Shown: in pieces, positions 38,284 to 48,964 of the stretch
Position numbering within the stretch: the stretch's first letter is position 1
Layout of the letters: each line of letters begins with the position of its first letter
Origin: a virus
Taxonomy: Duplodnaviria > Caudoviricetes
Strand: one strand, 5' to 3'
DNA length: 58,706 nucleotides
IMG/VR virus record: IMGVR_UViG_3300042889_000326
Location: 1-58,706 of that record
Translations under genes and position numbers: made by a program
Notes under the pieces: model-generated
Told to the model about the DNA's origin: nothing
The model's input: only the letters and a program-made list of their open reading frames with translations
The model's database searches: none

Positions 38284-39342
38284 ATGAGTCTAGTAGAACA
38301 ATTAAAAAAAGCAAGTACAATCAAAGCATCGGATATTTTAGAATCATCTAAGTTTTTCACTAAAGCTGATATGATTCCAACATCTGTTCCTGCTATCAAT
38401 GTAGCATTATCAGGTAAACTTAATGGGGGATTTGTTCCAGGTTTAACATTGTTTTGTGGTCCAAGTAAGCACTTTAAAACTTCTTTTGCTTTACTATTAG
38501 TTAAAGCATATATGGATAAGTATCCAGAATCTGCCTTACTATTCTATGATTCTGAGTTTGGAACTCCTCAAGATTATTTCAAATCTTTTGGTATTGATAC
38601 TTCAAGAGTTCTCCATACTCCAATTACAAATATTGAAGAGTTAAAATTTGATGTTGTGCAACAACTTGAAGCAATTGAACGTGGTTCAAGAATCATTGTT
38701 GTTATAGATTCAATTGGTAATCTTGCTTCAAAGAAAGAAGTTGATGATGCATTGGATGGTAAATCTGTAGCAGATATGTCACGAGCAAAAGCATTAAAAG
38801 GTTTGTTCAGAATGGTAACACCACATCTTGCAATGAAAGATATTCCAATGGTGGCAATCAACCATACTTATAAAACGCAAGAATTGTATTCTAAAGATGT
38901 AGTATCTGGTGGTACGGGAATTTACTATTCTGCGAGTAACATTTTTATCATTGGTAGACAACAAGAAAAGGAAGGAACTGATGTTGTGGGTTATAATTTT
39001 ATTATTAATGTAGAAAAATCTAGGTATGTGAGAGAAAAGGCAAAAATACCAATTACAGTTTTATTTGACGGTGGTATTAGTAAGTGGTCAGGTTTACTTG
39101 AAATGGCATTAGAATCTGGACATGTTATAAAACCTAGTAATGGTTGGTATTCAAGAGTTGATGCTGAAGGTATTATAGAGGAAAAGAAATTTAGATTGAA
39201 AGATACTCATAACAAAGATTTTTGGATGTCTGTTCTAACTCAAAAGACTTTTCAGACTTGGGTTGAAGATAATTATAAATTAACTGCTGAGTCTATAATG
39301 ACTGATGAAGAAATTGAGGAAGAATTAGAAAAAGTAGCGTAA
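38284..39342 (+). CDS. uvsX: RecA-like recombinase
   Basis: GPSKHFKT, YDSEFG, DSIGNLAS. Confidence 0.97.
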   Translation: MSLVEQLKKASTIKASDILESSKFFTKADMIPTSVPAINVALSGKLNGGFVPGLTLFCGPSKHFKTSFALLLVKAYMDKYPESALLFYDSEFGTPQDYFKSFGIDTSRVLHTPITNIEELKFDVVQQLEAIERGSRIIVVIDSIGNLASKKEVDDALDGKSVADMSRAKALKGLFRMVTPHLAMKDIPMVAINHTYKTQELYSKDVVSGGTGIYYSASNIFIIGRQQEKEGTDVVGYNFIINVEKSRYVREKAKIPITVLFDGGISKWSGLLEMALESGHVIKPSNGWYSRVDAEGIIEEKKFRLKDTHNKDFWMSVLTQKTFQTWVEDNYKLTAESIMTDEEIEEELEKVA

Positions 39343-39351
39343 ACTGTATAT

Positions 39352-39378
39352 GGTGCTGTTAAACACAGCACCTTTTTT
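39352..39378 (+). terminator. Rho-independent terminator
   Basis: GGTGCTGT/ACAGCACC plus T6. Confidence 0.85.
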
Positions 39379-39398
39379 GTTATGGATAAGGAATTGTT

Positions 39399-39689
39399 AT
39401 GAGTTATGAAGTTATAGAATATTTTGTTGAGAATGGTGAGGATGCATTTGGGGATCAAATCCTTGCAGTAGAAATAATAGGAGGAGAATTTGATAATACA
39501 GTATTCTCTTATGGTAAAGTAGAGTTTCCAGATCCAGATGAACCAAATCTAAGCTTTACATATACAGTACATCATTCAGATGTTGATACGTCAAACGTTA
39601 GATTTAAAAATGCAATAGGAGATATATTGGTAGAGATGATAGAAGAATCACTTAAAAAGAATGAAACAGTGTTTGCAGGTGGTATTTAA
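39399..39689 (+). CDS. Hypothetical protein in the gp40 position
   Basis: Between uvsX and gp41. Confidence 0.6.
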   Translation: MSYEVIEYFVENGEDAFGDQILAVEIIGGEFDNTVFSYGKVEFPDPDEPNLSFTYTVHHSDVDTSNVRFKNAIGDILVEMIEESLKKNETVFAGGI

Positions 39690-41065
39690 TGTCCAGAATT
39701 GAAACAACAATCCTCTCTAATCTGTTACATGATGAAGATTATTCCAGAAAGGTAATACCATTCTTAAAGAAAGAATACTTTTCTGATAACATTGAAGCTA
39801 TTGTTGCTGAAGAGATTTTTAAGTTCTTTGAAGTATTTACTAAATTAGCAACACCAGAAATATTATCTATAGAAATATCTAATAGAAGAGATATAAATGA
39901 TTCACAATTAGTAGATGCACATCAGTTGATTGATGCATTAGTACATACTGAAATCAATGCCACATGGTTATTAAATGAGACTGAATCCTTCTGCAAACAA
40001 CGTGCAGTATATCTTGCTATCCTTGACTCTATACAAATCATAGATGGTAAGGATAAACAATATACTCAAGAAGCTATCCCAACACTTTTATCAGATGCAC
40101 TAAGTGTGTGTTTTGATACTAATGTTGGTCATGATTATTTTCATGATTCAGATGAACGATTTGATTTTTATAGAAGAGTTGAAGAAAAGATACCTTTTGA
40201 TATAGAAATTCTCAATAAGATTACAGCAGGTGGATTATCTAGAAAGAGTCTTAACATTCTGTTAGCTGGAACTGGTGTTGGAAAATCTTTAGTAATGTGT
40301 CATTTTGCTGCATCAGCACTATCTCAAGGTAAAAATGTGTTGTACATTACTATGGAAATGGCAGAAGAACGTATTGCAGAACGTATAGATGTTAATTTAC
40401 TAAATCTTGGCATGAATGAGATTAAGACTATTGATAAGAATATTTTTGATAGTCGTATTCAAAAGTTAAGAAAAAAAGCACAAGGAACTTTAATTATTAA
40501 AGAATATCCTACTGCTTCGGCTCATGCTGGTCATTTCAGAGCATTGATAGAAGAGCTGAAATCAAAGAAAGATTTTGCTCCAGATATTATTTTTGTTGAC
40601 TATTTGAATATTTGTGCTTCTCAAAGAATGAAATTTGGTGCTGGTGTTAATAGTTATACCTATGTTAAAGCAATTGCCGAAGAACTGAGGGGATTGGCAG
40701 TTGAATATAATGTTCCTTTAGTTTCTGCTACTCAATCTAATAGAGAAGGTATTAATAGTTCTGATCTAGATTTAACAAACACTTCGGAATCTATAGGTCT
40801 CCCTCAAACATGTGATCTTATGCTTGCGTTGATATCTACAGAAGAGTTAGAAGAGTTGGGGCAGATCATGATTAAGCAGTTAAAGAATCGTTATAATGAT
40901 CCTAGTTATTATAAGAAATTTGTTGTTGGTATTGATAGAAATAAGATGAGAATATTTGATGTTGAGAATAGTGCACAAGAAACTATTGTGATACCACAAG
41001 ATTCTCAATCTCTTATACAAAGAGGTGGTAGGGTAATGCCAGATACATCAGGATTCAAATTCTAA
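39689..41065 (+). CDS. gp41: Replicative helicase
   Basis: AGTGVGKS, EMAEERIAERID, DYLNIC, QLKNRY. Confidence 0.97.
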   Translation: MSRIETTILSNLLHDEDYSRKVIPFLKKEYFSDNIEAIVAEEIFKFFEVFTKLATPEILSIEISNRRDINDSQLVDAHQLIDALVHTEINATWLLNETESFCKQRAVYLAILDSIQIIDGKDKQYTQEAIPTLLSDALSVCFDTNVGHDYFHDSDERFDFYRRVEEKIPFDIEILNKITAGGLSRKSLNILLAGTGVGKSLVMCHFAASALSQGKNVLYITMEMAEERIAERIDVNLLNLGMNEIKTIDKNIFDSRIQKLRKKAQGTLIIKEYPTASAHAGHFRALIEELKSKKDFAPDIIFVDYLNICASQRMKFGAGVNSYTYVKAIAEELRGLAVEYNVPLVSATQSNREGINSSDLDLTNTSESIGLPQTCDLMLALISTEELEELGQIMIKQLKNRYNDPSYYKKFVVGIDRNKMRIFDVENSAQETIVIPQDSQSLIQRGGRVMPDTSGFKF

Positions 41066-41116
41066 AAATATATAAATACTAAATAACAAAGAATTATTAA
41101 CCAACAGGAAACTAAC

Positions 41117-42376
41117 ATGTTAGGATTTAAAGAGTATCTAGAAGAAGCAAAAAAAGAGTTACTTACACCAAAAGAACATACACGTTTATATGATTTTTTA
41201 CATCATTTGTCTTCTCCAACTATTTCTGAAAAGGATACATTAGAAGAAGCACATGATGTTGAAACTGTTAAACAAGCTGGGTTGGATAATAAACCAGAAG
41301 GAAATCTATTCCAACATCTTAAGCAAGGGTTCCATGCTGCATTTCCTGAAGGAGAAACTCCAGAAGTAACTAAACAGAAAGCAATAGAATCAAGACAACA
41401 TTTTAGAACTTTTATGACTGAACGTGGTGGTCATGCTAAAAAGAACACATTGCAACTCACCAGTGAGAACGGTAAAACAGTTCTAAGTTCTGGTGCTGGT
41501 ATGCAAACAATTGGTTTAGCATTAGCTCCTCATACTTCTTCGGGCTATAAGCACAATTTGTGCCCTAAAGCTTCAAAAGAATGTGCAGAAAATTGTTTAG
41601 GATTTACTGCTGGTGGTAATAGACAATACCCAGAAGCATCGTTTAGAGCGAAATTATTAAGAACCCAATATGTTGCAGAGCATCCAGAACATGCCGCTAG
41701 ATTATTATCACATGAAATTGGTGAAAATGAAAGATGGACTGATGAAAATAGATCTATTCATAAAAAATCTGGTGAAATTGTTGGTTACCATAATATCAAA
41801 CAAGATAAAGTTAAATCTAGTAAACCTAAAGAAGAAAGTCATGCTTCTGTAGAAACAAAACTTAAATCTGGTGAATATGAGTCTAGAAAAATTAATTCTG
41901 GGTTTAGAGGTAATGTAACTTCTGATTTACCTTATGAAAAGTTAATGCCCCCTGCATATTTTGCCAAGCATAAGAAAACTCAGTTCTATGATTATACTAA
42001 GGTTGCTTCAAGATTGAAGAACCCAAAAGATCTTCCGTCAAATTATGAATTGGCGTTGTCCCATACAGGAACAGGACATATTGAGAGTAATGATAAGCAA
42101 GCTATTGAACATTTAGAACGGGGTGGTGTTGTTGCTATGGTTCATCAAAAAAGCAAAGTAATACCAACTCATGTTGAAGATGTTAAAACAGGAAAGCAAT
42201 ATCCAGTTGTTAATGGTGATAATGATGATAATGTTTATGACAGACATAGAGGTGCTGATATTCCAAAAACACAAGGCGTTGTTTCTGGTCTAAAGCTGAA
42301 GGGTGTTTCTAATGCTGCTGCAGGGCATTTTGCTAATCCAGTTGATGTAGATGGAATTATCCGTATAAATAAGTAA
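41117..42376 (+). CDS. GP88-like Cys-cluster protein with an internal-head-protein-like leader
   Basis: CPKASKECAENCL, RGNVTSD, FYDYTK, GLKLKG; MLGFKEYLEE; TATAAATA at 41071. Confidence 0.65.
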   Translation: MLGFKEYLEEAKKELLTPKEHTRLYDFLHHLSSPTISEKDTLEEAHDVETVKQAGLDNKPEGNLFQHLKQGFHAAFPEGETPEVTKQKAIESRQHFRTFMTERGGHAKKNTLQLTSENGKTVLSSGAGMQTIGLALAPHTSSGYKHNLCPKASKECAENCLGFTAGGNRQYPEASFRAKLLRTQYVAEHPEHAARLLSHEIGENERWTDENRSIHKKSGEIVGYHNIKQDKVKSSKPKEESHASVETKLKSGEYESRKINSGFRGNVTSDLPYEKLMPPAYFAKHKKTQFYDYTKVASRLKNPKDLPSNYELALSHTGTGHIESNDKQAIEHLERGGVVAMVHQKSKVIPTHVEDVKTGKQYPVVNGDNDDNVYDRHRGADIPKTQGVVSGLKLKGVSNAAAGHFANPVDVDGIIRINK

Positions 42377-42382
42377 CAATCC

Positions 42383-42414
42383 AAAGCCTAGTCAACTGAT
42401 TGATTAGGCTTTTT
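42383..42414 (+). terminator. Rho-independent terminator
   Basis: AAAGCCTAGTCAA/TTGATTAGGCTTT plus Ts. Confidence 0.8.
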
Positions 42415-42436
42415 CTTCCTACACCATGAGTACATT

Positions 42437-43933
42437 ATGAATACATGTCCAAGTTGTAATTCCTTATCTGTCATAAAAAAAGGCAAAGATTTTGCTAAGG
42501 GTATTGTAAAGCAAAGATACAAATGCAAATCCTGTGAAGTAAATTTCTATATAGAAGATCTCCCAATTCAAGAACTACCTTCTGAAGTATCACATGCTGG
42601 GAAGTGGGTAATCACTACTGCTATTAATGATACAGAAACTAATTATGAATTCTTAGAAACTCTATTAGAATATTGTGAAAGAAATTCTGCAAAACTATTA
42701 ATAGTTCCAATAAAATATAAGAATGATAATGAGGATTATACATGGGATTCAAACCTATTACAATACTTCATTTCTGAAAATACATTATTACTTAGTAATC
42801 TTCAACTATTAGCAGGTATTAACGTATCCCCAACTGTTGTTAATCCACTAACAAGTTTTGAAACTTTCAGCAAAGGCAAATCATTAATAATCCCACACCC
42901 TCAGATTATGATGAAATGTATTGCCGTGAATCATATAGAAAAGAGTGCTATACTTCATACTACTGGTTGTGTATCTTTACCAAATTATACACAAACTAAA
43001 TCTGGGGAACGTGCTAATATTTCACATGCATTTTCAGCAATTGTTATTGAAGAAGATTCAGAAATTGATGATTTTCATATTAGAGTTTTAAATTCTGATG
43101 ATTTTGGTGGTTTTCATGATATCAATCGGTACTACTTCGGCAACACAATGGAATTTTCTAAAACAGTTCCTGCTATAGTAATTGGTGATGAGCATGTTGT
43201 TCATATGGATGAAGAAGTAAAATGCGCAACTTTTACTAATGAAGATAGTATTATTTCTGTTTTAAACCCAGAATATATTGTTAGACATGATGTATTAGAT
43301 TTCTATTCCTCTAATCATCACCATAGACATAATTTCCTATTACAGTATAAGAAGTTTAATGATAACACAAATAGAGTAGAAGATGAATTATGTGATACCA
43401 TTGATTACTTGTTAAGAACAACCCCACTTGATTCTAAAAGTTTAATAGTTTCATCTAACCATAATGATCATTTGACAAGATGGCTTCAGGATTGTAATCC
43501 AAAATCAGAACCTTGGAATGCAAAATTCTATCATGGTTTGATGTATCTTATGTTAGATGATATTGATGATGGGAATTCTCACATACCATTTCAGCTTTGG
43601 TATAAAGAAAACTATGATATTGATAGGATTGAATTCATTAAAGAATCAGAATCATTTTTGATACGAGGTATTGAAGTAGCATTACATGGGCATTCTGGTA
43701 CAAATGGTTCAAGAGGATCTGCAACACAATTTAGTAAACTTGGGATGAAAACTATTATTGGTCACAGTCATACACCACAAATTGTCGGAGATTGTTTTCA
43801 AGTGGGTCATTCGTGTAAAGATAAAATGGGATATAATCAAGGACCATCTAGCTGGAATAATGCTCATTGTATTATCCATGAAGATGGTTCACGACAAATG
43901 ATTTTCATAAAGAAAGGTAAGTGGAAATTATAA
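42437..43933 (+). CDS. Zn-ribbon plus metallophosphoesterase (T5 A1-like)
   Basis: CPSC..CKSC; GDEH, HD, SNHND, HGH, GHSH. Confidence 0.7.
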   Translation: MNTCPSCNSLSVIKKGKDFAKGIVKQRYKCKSCEVNFYIEDLPIQELPSEVSHAGKWVITTAINDTETNYEFLETLLEYCERNSAKLLIVPIKYKNDNEDYTWDSNLLQYFISENTLLLSNLQLLAGINVSPTVVNPLTSFETFSKGKSLIIPHPQIMMKCIAVNHIEKSAILHTTGCVSLPNYTQTKSGERANISHAFSAIVIEEDSEIDDFHIRVLNSDDFGGFHDINRYYFGNTMEFSKTVPAIVIGDEHVVHMDEEVKCATFTNEDSIISVLNPEYIVRHDVLDFYSSNHHHRHNFLLQYKKFNDNTNRVEDELCDTIDYLLRTTPLDSKSLIVSSNHNDHLTRWLQDCNPKSEPWNAKFYHGLMYLMLDDIDDGNSHIPFQLWYKENYDIDRIEFIKESESFLIRGIEVALHGHSGTNGSRGSATQFSKLGMKTIIGHSHTPQIVGDCFQVGHSCKDKMGYNQGPSSWNNAHCIIHEDGSRQMIFIKKGKWKL

Positions 43934-43996
43934 TCTTAAACCGCCAATTATTAATTTTGATAAATATACTATATTAACTTAATAATTGGCACACAG

Positions 43997-44728
43997 ATGA
44001 ATATTAGAGAACAATATATGAAAGGAAATATTTTCAATATTGGAGATACTGTTTTATTTAACAATCAAGAATTTACAATTAAAGAACGTGGCACTAATTA
44101 TTTATTTTTAGAAGATGCCTTCGGAAATCAAACCAAAAAATGGTTACAGGATGTTAAACCTATGGATAAGTATACTACAGAAAGTGATTCTACTAACACT
44201 CAACTTAGACGTTTGAAGATTAAGTATAAGGAAGAACAAGAACCTGATGATGATAAAGATGATGAAATTACAGACACAGACATTGATAAAATGGCATCTT
44301 CCGTAGATAGTTTAGAAGACATTGTTGATGCGTATGATGACGATGAACTCCATATTGTTGACCATGAAGGGAATCATGTATCAGATTTAAAAGAAGAACT
44401 TATACTTGAAGTTTTATCAAGGCAAGAAAGAATTAGAGCAAGTATACGATTTGCACAAACTGCTGGGAAACGTGAGCGTAGAATGAAAATTGCTTTACAT
44501 ACTAGATCTTCTCCAAAAAAGATAAACCGTAGAGCTAGAGTTATGGCAGAAAAGATTTTAAAAATGAGGATAATCAAGAAACCTTTAGCTGATTTAACTC
44601 TCCCAGAAAAAGAAAGATTAGAGAAAATTTTACATACAAAAAAAGACATTGTACGAAAACTAGCATTAAAGTTAGCCCCTAAAATAAAAGCAATTGAAAA
44701 TAAAAGACTACACCCAAGAGGAAAATGA
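43997..44728 (+). CDS. Hypothetical late protein
   Basis: GATAAATA upstream; acidic middle, basic C-terminus. Confidence 0.7.
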   Translation: MNIREQYMKGNIFNIGDTVLFNNQEFTIKERGTNYLFLEDAFGNQTKKWLQDVKPMDKYTTESDSTNTQLRRLKIKYKEEQEPDDDKDDEITDTDIDKMASSVDSLEDIVDAYDDDELHIVDHEGNHVSDLKEELILEVLSRQERIRASIRFAQTAGKRERRMKIALHTRSSPKKINRRARVMAEKILKMRIIKKPLADLTLPEKERLEKILHTKKDIVRKLALKLAPKIKAIENKRLHPRGK

Positions 44729-44729
44729 T

Positions 44730-45452
44730 ATGACAACTGAACAAATGGAAGCGATGAAAGCTATTCAAGACTCATATCTTGAAATGCAGGAAGCATCAAC
44801 GGGTAGAGAAGCACTAGCTGCAGCAGCAAAAAAGAAAGGTTTTGGTACTGCTGAAAGGGAAGCAGAACTTCTTAAACAGCAAGAAGAAATGAAAGCAAGA
44901 CATGCAAAAGCAGATACTGATTATGAAACTAGATATGGCAAAAAACCTTCTGTATGTGAAGAAACAGATCTTGAAGAAAAAGCATTAACACCTGCTGATG
45001 TTAGACAAAAAGAAAAAGTTGTAAAGGGTATGAAGAAAAAACTTGCTGATTTCAAAGCTAAATATGGTGAAAGAGCAAAAGGTGTTATGTATGCTACTGC
45101 TACTAAAATTGCTCAAAAGATGCCTGATGTTAATGAAGAAGCTGAACTAGAAGAAGCTATGACACCTATTGAAAGTGCTGTTCAAGCTCATAACTATAAC
45201 ATATATGCTAGAGAAAAAGGTACTGATTCAGAAAGTGGTAAACAATTATTCTCTATGGGCAAAGCAATTCTACCTGTATCTGGAAAAGATATTCCAGTCG
45301 GTAAAGAACCAGAAGGATATTATAGAGATAAAGCAACTGGTAAGATTTTAAAATCTGAAACACCAGAAGAAACATCTACAAGAACTGGACAAGAATCTGA
45401 CGCTTTAACTAAAGCAATGGGATATGGTAAAGGTCGCTATCAAGGCGATTGA
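44730..45452 (+). CDS. Hypothetical charged protein, possible internal head protein
   Basis: Repeated LEE sites; KYG..AKGVMYATATK. Confidence 0.6.
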   Translation: MTTEQMEAMKAIQDSYLEMQEASTGREALAAAAKKKGFGTAEREAELLKQQEEMKARHAKADTDYETRYGKKPSVCEETDLEEKALTPADVRQKEKVVKGMKKKLADFKAKYGERAKGVMYATATKIAQKMPDVNEEAELEEAMTPIESAVQAHNYNIYAREKGTDSESGKQLFSMGKAILPVSGKDIPVGKEPEGYYRDKATGKILKSETPEETSTRTGQESDALTKAMGYGKGRYQGD

Positions 45453-45497
45453 ATTTACTAATAAATAACTAATAAACTTAATAAAAGGAATAAGAAA

Positions 45498-46064
45498 ATG
45501 GCATTATGGTCAAATACAGATGTTAATGGAAGTAAACCAAAATGGATCGCAACTGCTGATCTGCCGTTTACTTTTTTTGTAGACGAAACTGAAGGAGCTA
45601 AAAAAGCTAACAAAGACAAAGGCATTAATGGTGCAGGTTGGTGGGATATCAGAGAATACAAAGATAGTGTTGGTTCAACACGTTATAAAACTATTTTATT
45701 AGTTGCTATGTCTACTCCTGCTGCTACATCTGGTGATGCGGCTGATGATGTTACGGTTGCTGATATTGAAGCAGTTATTACAATTGGTACCCAACCAACT
45801 GCACAAAATACTTCAGGTGGTTCTGCAACATTCTCAGTGGTCGCAACAGTTGCTCCATCTGGAACAGTTACATATCAATGGCAAAAAGCAGTGTCTTCTG
45901 CTAATACTAAGTTTGCAAATGTTGTCGGTCAAACAGCTTCTTCTATTATATTAGCTGGTCAACTAGCTGGTAATACTGGCGATAGATATCGAGTTGTCAT
46001 ATCATCTACAACTGGTGCAGTGAAAGTTAATTCTAATGCAGTGATTCTAACATTCGTTTCTTAA
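45498..46064 (+). CDS. Ig-domain virion decoration protein
   Basis: QP..ATFSV..TYQWQK..YRVVI. Confidence 0.75.
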   Translation: MALWSNTDVNGSKPKWIATADLPFTFFVDETEGAKKANKDKGINGAGWWDIREYKDSVGSTRYKTILLVAMSTPAATSGDAADDVTVADIEAVITIGTQPTAQNTSGGSATFSVVATVAPSGTVTYQWQKAVSSANTKFANVVGQTASSIILAGQLAGNTGDRYRVVISSTTGAVKVNSNAVILTFVS

Positions 46065-46067
46065 TAT

Positions 46068-46412
46068 ATGATTTTAACCTCTGAGAATTTTCTGCAGTTT
46101 GCTATGAACTGCTATGAAAATCCTCAGTGTTTTAACATCAAAGAGTTTGAAAATGACCTCAACAGATTTGATTATTTAAAGAAATTATTGAATAGATACA
46201 AATCTTTTGGGGAATTGAGAGAACGATTAATCCTCAATCATATTATAGTGATATATAATGTTTTTGGGGATTCTGCTACAGATATGATTTTGTTTAAATT
46301 ACCGGAACATAAAAGTTCTTTAATCACATTTATGATTTATCTTAATAGGATACCAGAAGATGTGGTTCATGAATTAGATGAAACAATAATAGAAGTACTT
46401 AGGAAAATATAA
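46068..46412 (+). CDS. Conserved T4-like hypothetical protein
   Basis: RERLILNHIIV.YNVFG. Confidence 0.75.
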   Translation: MILTSENFLQFAMNCYENPQCFNIKEFENDLNRFDYLKKLLNRYKSFGELRERLILNHIIVIYNVFGDSATDMILFKLPEHKSSLITFMIYLNRIPEDVVHELDETIIEVLRKI

Positions 46413-46903
46413 TGTCTCGTATAATAGATAATGTTATAGCTTACAAAATACTTCGTATGCTTGTAACTCCTTTTGATAAAACTGATGCCTATAAACTTGG
46501 TATCATAGATGCTAAAGGAAAAGTTTTAAAAAAACCTAAAGATTTAGAAACAGAAAAAGAAAAGGAATCTTATGATTATCTACATAGATTGGTTTTTAAT
46601 CTTAAACGTCTTATAAATAAGTTACCTGGTGGTGAAAACTACACTAAGAATCTTGTGGCTGCATATTTCTTAATACGAGAATCATATGAGACATATAATA
46701 CTCATGAGGTTGAAGAAAGATTTCACACACTAAGAGAAACTTTAACTACCAACAATCTGATTCTTGTAGAAGAAGAAATTATAGTTAAAAGGTTTCTTGA
46801 AGATATTACAAATGTCACAACAGGAATTGCAAACCCAGAGCTTCCATTATTTAAGAAAAAAAACACAAATAAAGTTAAATCATTTATTATCAAAAGGAAA
46901 TAG
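46412..46903 (+). CDS. T4 61.1-like conserved protein
   Basis: PFDKTDAYKLGIIDAKG, HRLVFNLKR. Confidence 0.7.
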   Translation: MSRIIDNVIAYKILRMLVTPFDKTDAYKLGIIDAKGKVLKKPKDLETEKEKESYDYLHRLVFNLKRLINKLPGGENYTKNLVAAYFLIRESYETYNTHEVEERFHTLRETLTTNNLILVEEEIIVKRFLEDITNVTTGIANPELPLFKKKNTNKVKSFIIKRK

Positions 46904-46906
46904 GGT

Positions 46907-47500
46907 ATGTTTTTCCTAACTCTGATACCAGAATGGTTATTCTATACATCAGCATTTGCGGGTGTGATAGGAACAGCTTTAGTTATGGTATTTGGAGGAA
47001 TGATACCCATACAATATAAGTTAGGAATACAAATAATATCTGTATTCTTATTGGCTATTGGTTTGTTCTTTATTGGTGCAATTTCTAATGAAGAAAAATG
47101 GCAACTGAAAGTTAAAGAAATGGAAGTAAAAGTAGCAAAACAAGAAGTTGCTGCTGCTGAAATGACAACTGAAATTATCACTAAATATGTAGACCGTGTT
47201 AAAATTGTTGAAGGAAAAACCCATGAGATTATTAAGAAAGTTCCAGTATACATCACTAAAGAATCTGATGATAAGTGTACTATTAATAATGGGTTTGTCA
47301 GCGTGTTCAACAGTAGTGCCAGTCAAACCAAAATTCCCAACACCACCAGAGATGTTAATGAGACAGCCTCCAATGTTAAACTCTCTACCGTTGCAACAAC
47401 AATTACCGAAAACTACGGAACCTATTATCAAGTAGCTGAACAGTTAAAATCTCTACAAGATTGGATTACACAACAAAAGGATTTAGATGATGGAAAATAA
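46907..47500 (+). CDS. Inner-membrane spanin (Rz-like)
   Basis: N-terminal TM helices, coiled coil, LQDWI; embedded lipoprotein gene. Confidence 0.8.
   Translation: MFFLTLIPEWLFYTSAFAGVIGTALVMVFGGMIPIQYKLGIQIISVFLLAIGLFFIGAISNEEKWQLKVKEMEVKVAKQEVAAAEMTTEIITKYVDRVKIVEGKTHEIIKKVPVYITKESDDKCTINNGFVSVFNSSASQTKIPNTTRDVNETASNVKLSTVATTITENYGTYYQVAEQLKSLQDWITQQKDLDDGK
47223..47435 (+). CDS. Embedded outer-membrane spanin (Rz1-like)
   Basis: +1 frame, LSAC lipobox, Pro-rich mature part. Confidence 0.8.
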   Translation: MRLLRKFQYTSLKNLMISVLLIMGLSACSTVVPVKPKFPTPPEMLMRQPPMLNSLPLQQQLPKTTEPIIK

Positions 47501-47891
47501 TGTACTTGTTGAGGTAGCAGTCCTTCAAGCGGTAGTTTATAAAATAGATAACACTGTAGCAGAAATAGCAAAATCATCAACAGATATTATTAGACTTTTA
47601 GCTGTTCATGACTCTAGGATTAATAACTTGGAACTAGGAAATAAAGAGACAATTACCGATGTAAGGGATCTGTACAAGAAGATGAGTGAAAATACAAAGG
47701 AAATCTTGGAAAAGATAGATGATATGGAAGGTCGTATAGAAGATAAACTCAAAGAACATACCGATAAATCTTCTGTTCAACATAAAGTTATTTCTGATAG
47801 ATTAACTGTTCTAGAAAACTGGAGGTGGTTGATAGTCGGTGGTGCAATTGCGTTAGGCTTCCTATTAGACCATTTAGAGTTTTTTAAATAG
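47487..47891 (+). CDS. Coiled-coil protein with C-terminal TM helix (possible lysis protein)
   Basis: LENWRWLIVGGAIALGFLL; adjacent to spanins. Confidence 0.55.
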   Translation: MMENNVLVEVAVLQAVVYKIDNTVAEIAKSSTDIIRLLAVHDSRINNLELGNKETITDVRDLYKKMSENTKEILEKIDDMEGRIEDKLKEHTDKSSVQHKVISDRLTVLENWRWLIVGGAIALGFLLDHLEFFK

Positions 47892-47944
47892 CTTTACAAA
47901 CCCAAACCTCTGGTATATAATAATGTTTTATTATGGAGGTTTTT

Positions 47945-48964
47945 ATGAGTATGTCATATTATGTTGATGTAAAATACGCATCAATGATTTCTAGCAGAGT
48001 CCGCAATTTCAAAAGACAAAATGATAAAACATGGAACTTTAGTTGTCCATATTGCGGAGATTCAGTAAGAACAAAAAGCAAAGCACGAGGTTACATCTAT
48101 TCCAAAAAAGGAACTCTCCTTTATAGATGTCATAACTGTAATGTTGGTACGACTTTTGCAAAATTATTAGAGTTTCTAGATCCAAACATGTATTCAGAAT
48201 ATGTGATGGAGAAGTACAAATCTAATTGTACCCACAATCATACCCCCAAATTAACACCAACTCTTTTACCTGCTAAACCTATAAAGACATCTGCTTTAGA
48301 TGATTTACAGAGGATGTCTGATCTTGCTGAAGATCATCCTGCATTGTCATATATAAAGAAACGGTTGATTCCAAAAAAATATTTGAAACTTTTATACTTC
48401 TGTCCAAAATATAAACAGTGGGCAAATAAACATTATAAAGAATCTGATAAGAAAATTGAAAATGATATCCCACGATTGGTCATTCCACACTATAATCAAA
48501 AGAAAGAACTTATTGGATGGGCTGGCAGGGCATTTGGAAAAGAAACACTTAGATATCACAATGTAAAATTAGGTGATGAACAACTTCTATATGGTTTAGA
48601 AAGAGTAGATATTAATAAAACTATATATGTTACAGAAGGACAATTTGATTCTCTATTCATAGATAATTGTATATCAGCTTCTGGTGTTTCCGCATTTGAT
48701 TCAGAATTTATGCAACAACATAAAGACATGATAGTATTGATAATTGATAATGAACCAAGAAATATTAATATAGTAAAAAGTATTGAGAAATATATAAACT
48801 TATGCTATAGTGTGTGTTTATTCCCAAATACTGTGATAGAGAAAGATATAAATGAAATGATACTTGCAGGTTATACACAAGAAAATATTCAAACCTTGAT
48901 AACTAATAATACAGTATCAGGTCTTGAAGCAAAAATGAAATTTACACAATGGAGAAAAATATGA
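47945..48964 (+). CDS. gp61: DNA primase
   Basis: CPYCGDS, CHNC, TEGQFDS, DNEPRN, KDINEM; promoter at 47893. Confidence 0.95.
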   Translation: MSMSYYVDVKYASMISSRVRNFKRQNDKTWNFSCPYCGDSVRTKSKARGYIYSKKGTLLYRCHNCNVGTTFAKLLEFLDPNMYSEYVMEKYKSNCTHNHTPKLTPTLLPAKPIKTSALDDLQRMSDLAEDHPALSYIKKRLIPKKYLKLLYFCPKYKQWANKHYKESDKKIENDIPRLVIPHYNQKKELIGWAGRAFGKETLRYHNVKLGDEQLLYGLERVDINKTIYVTEGQFDSLFIDNCISASGVSAFDSEFMQQHKDMIVLIIDNEPRNINIVKSIEKYINLCYSVCLFPNTVIEKDINEMILAGYTQENIQTLITNNTVSGLEAKMKFTQWRKI

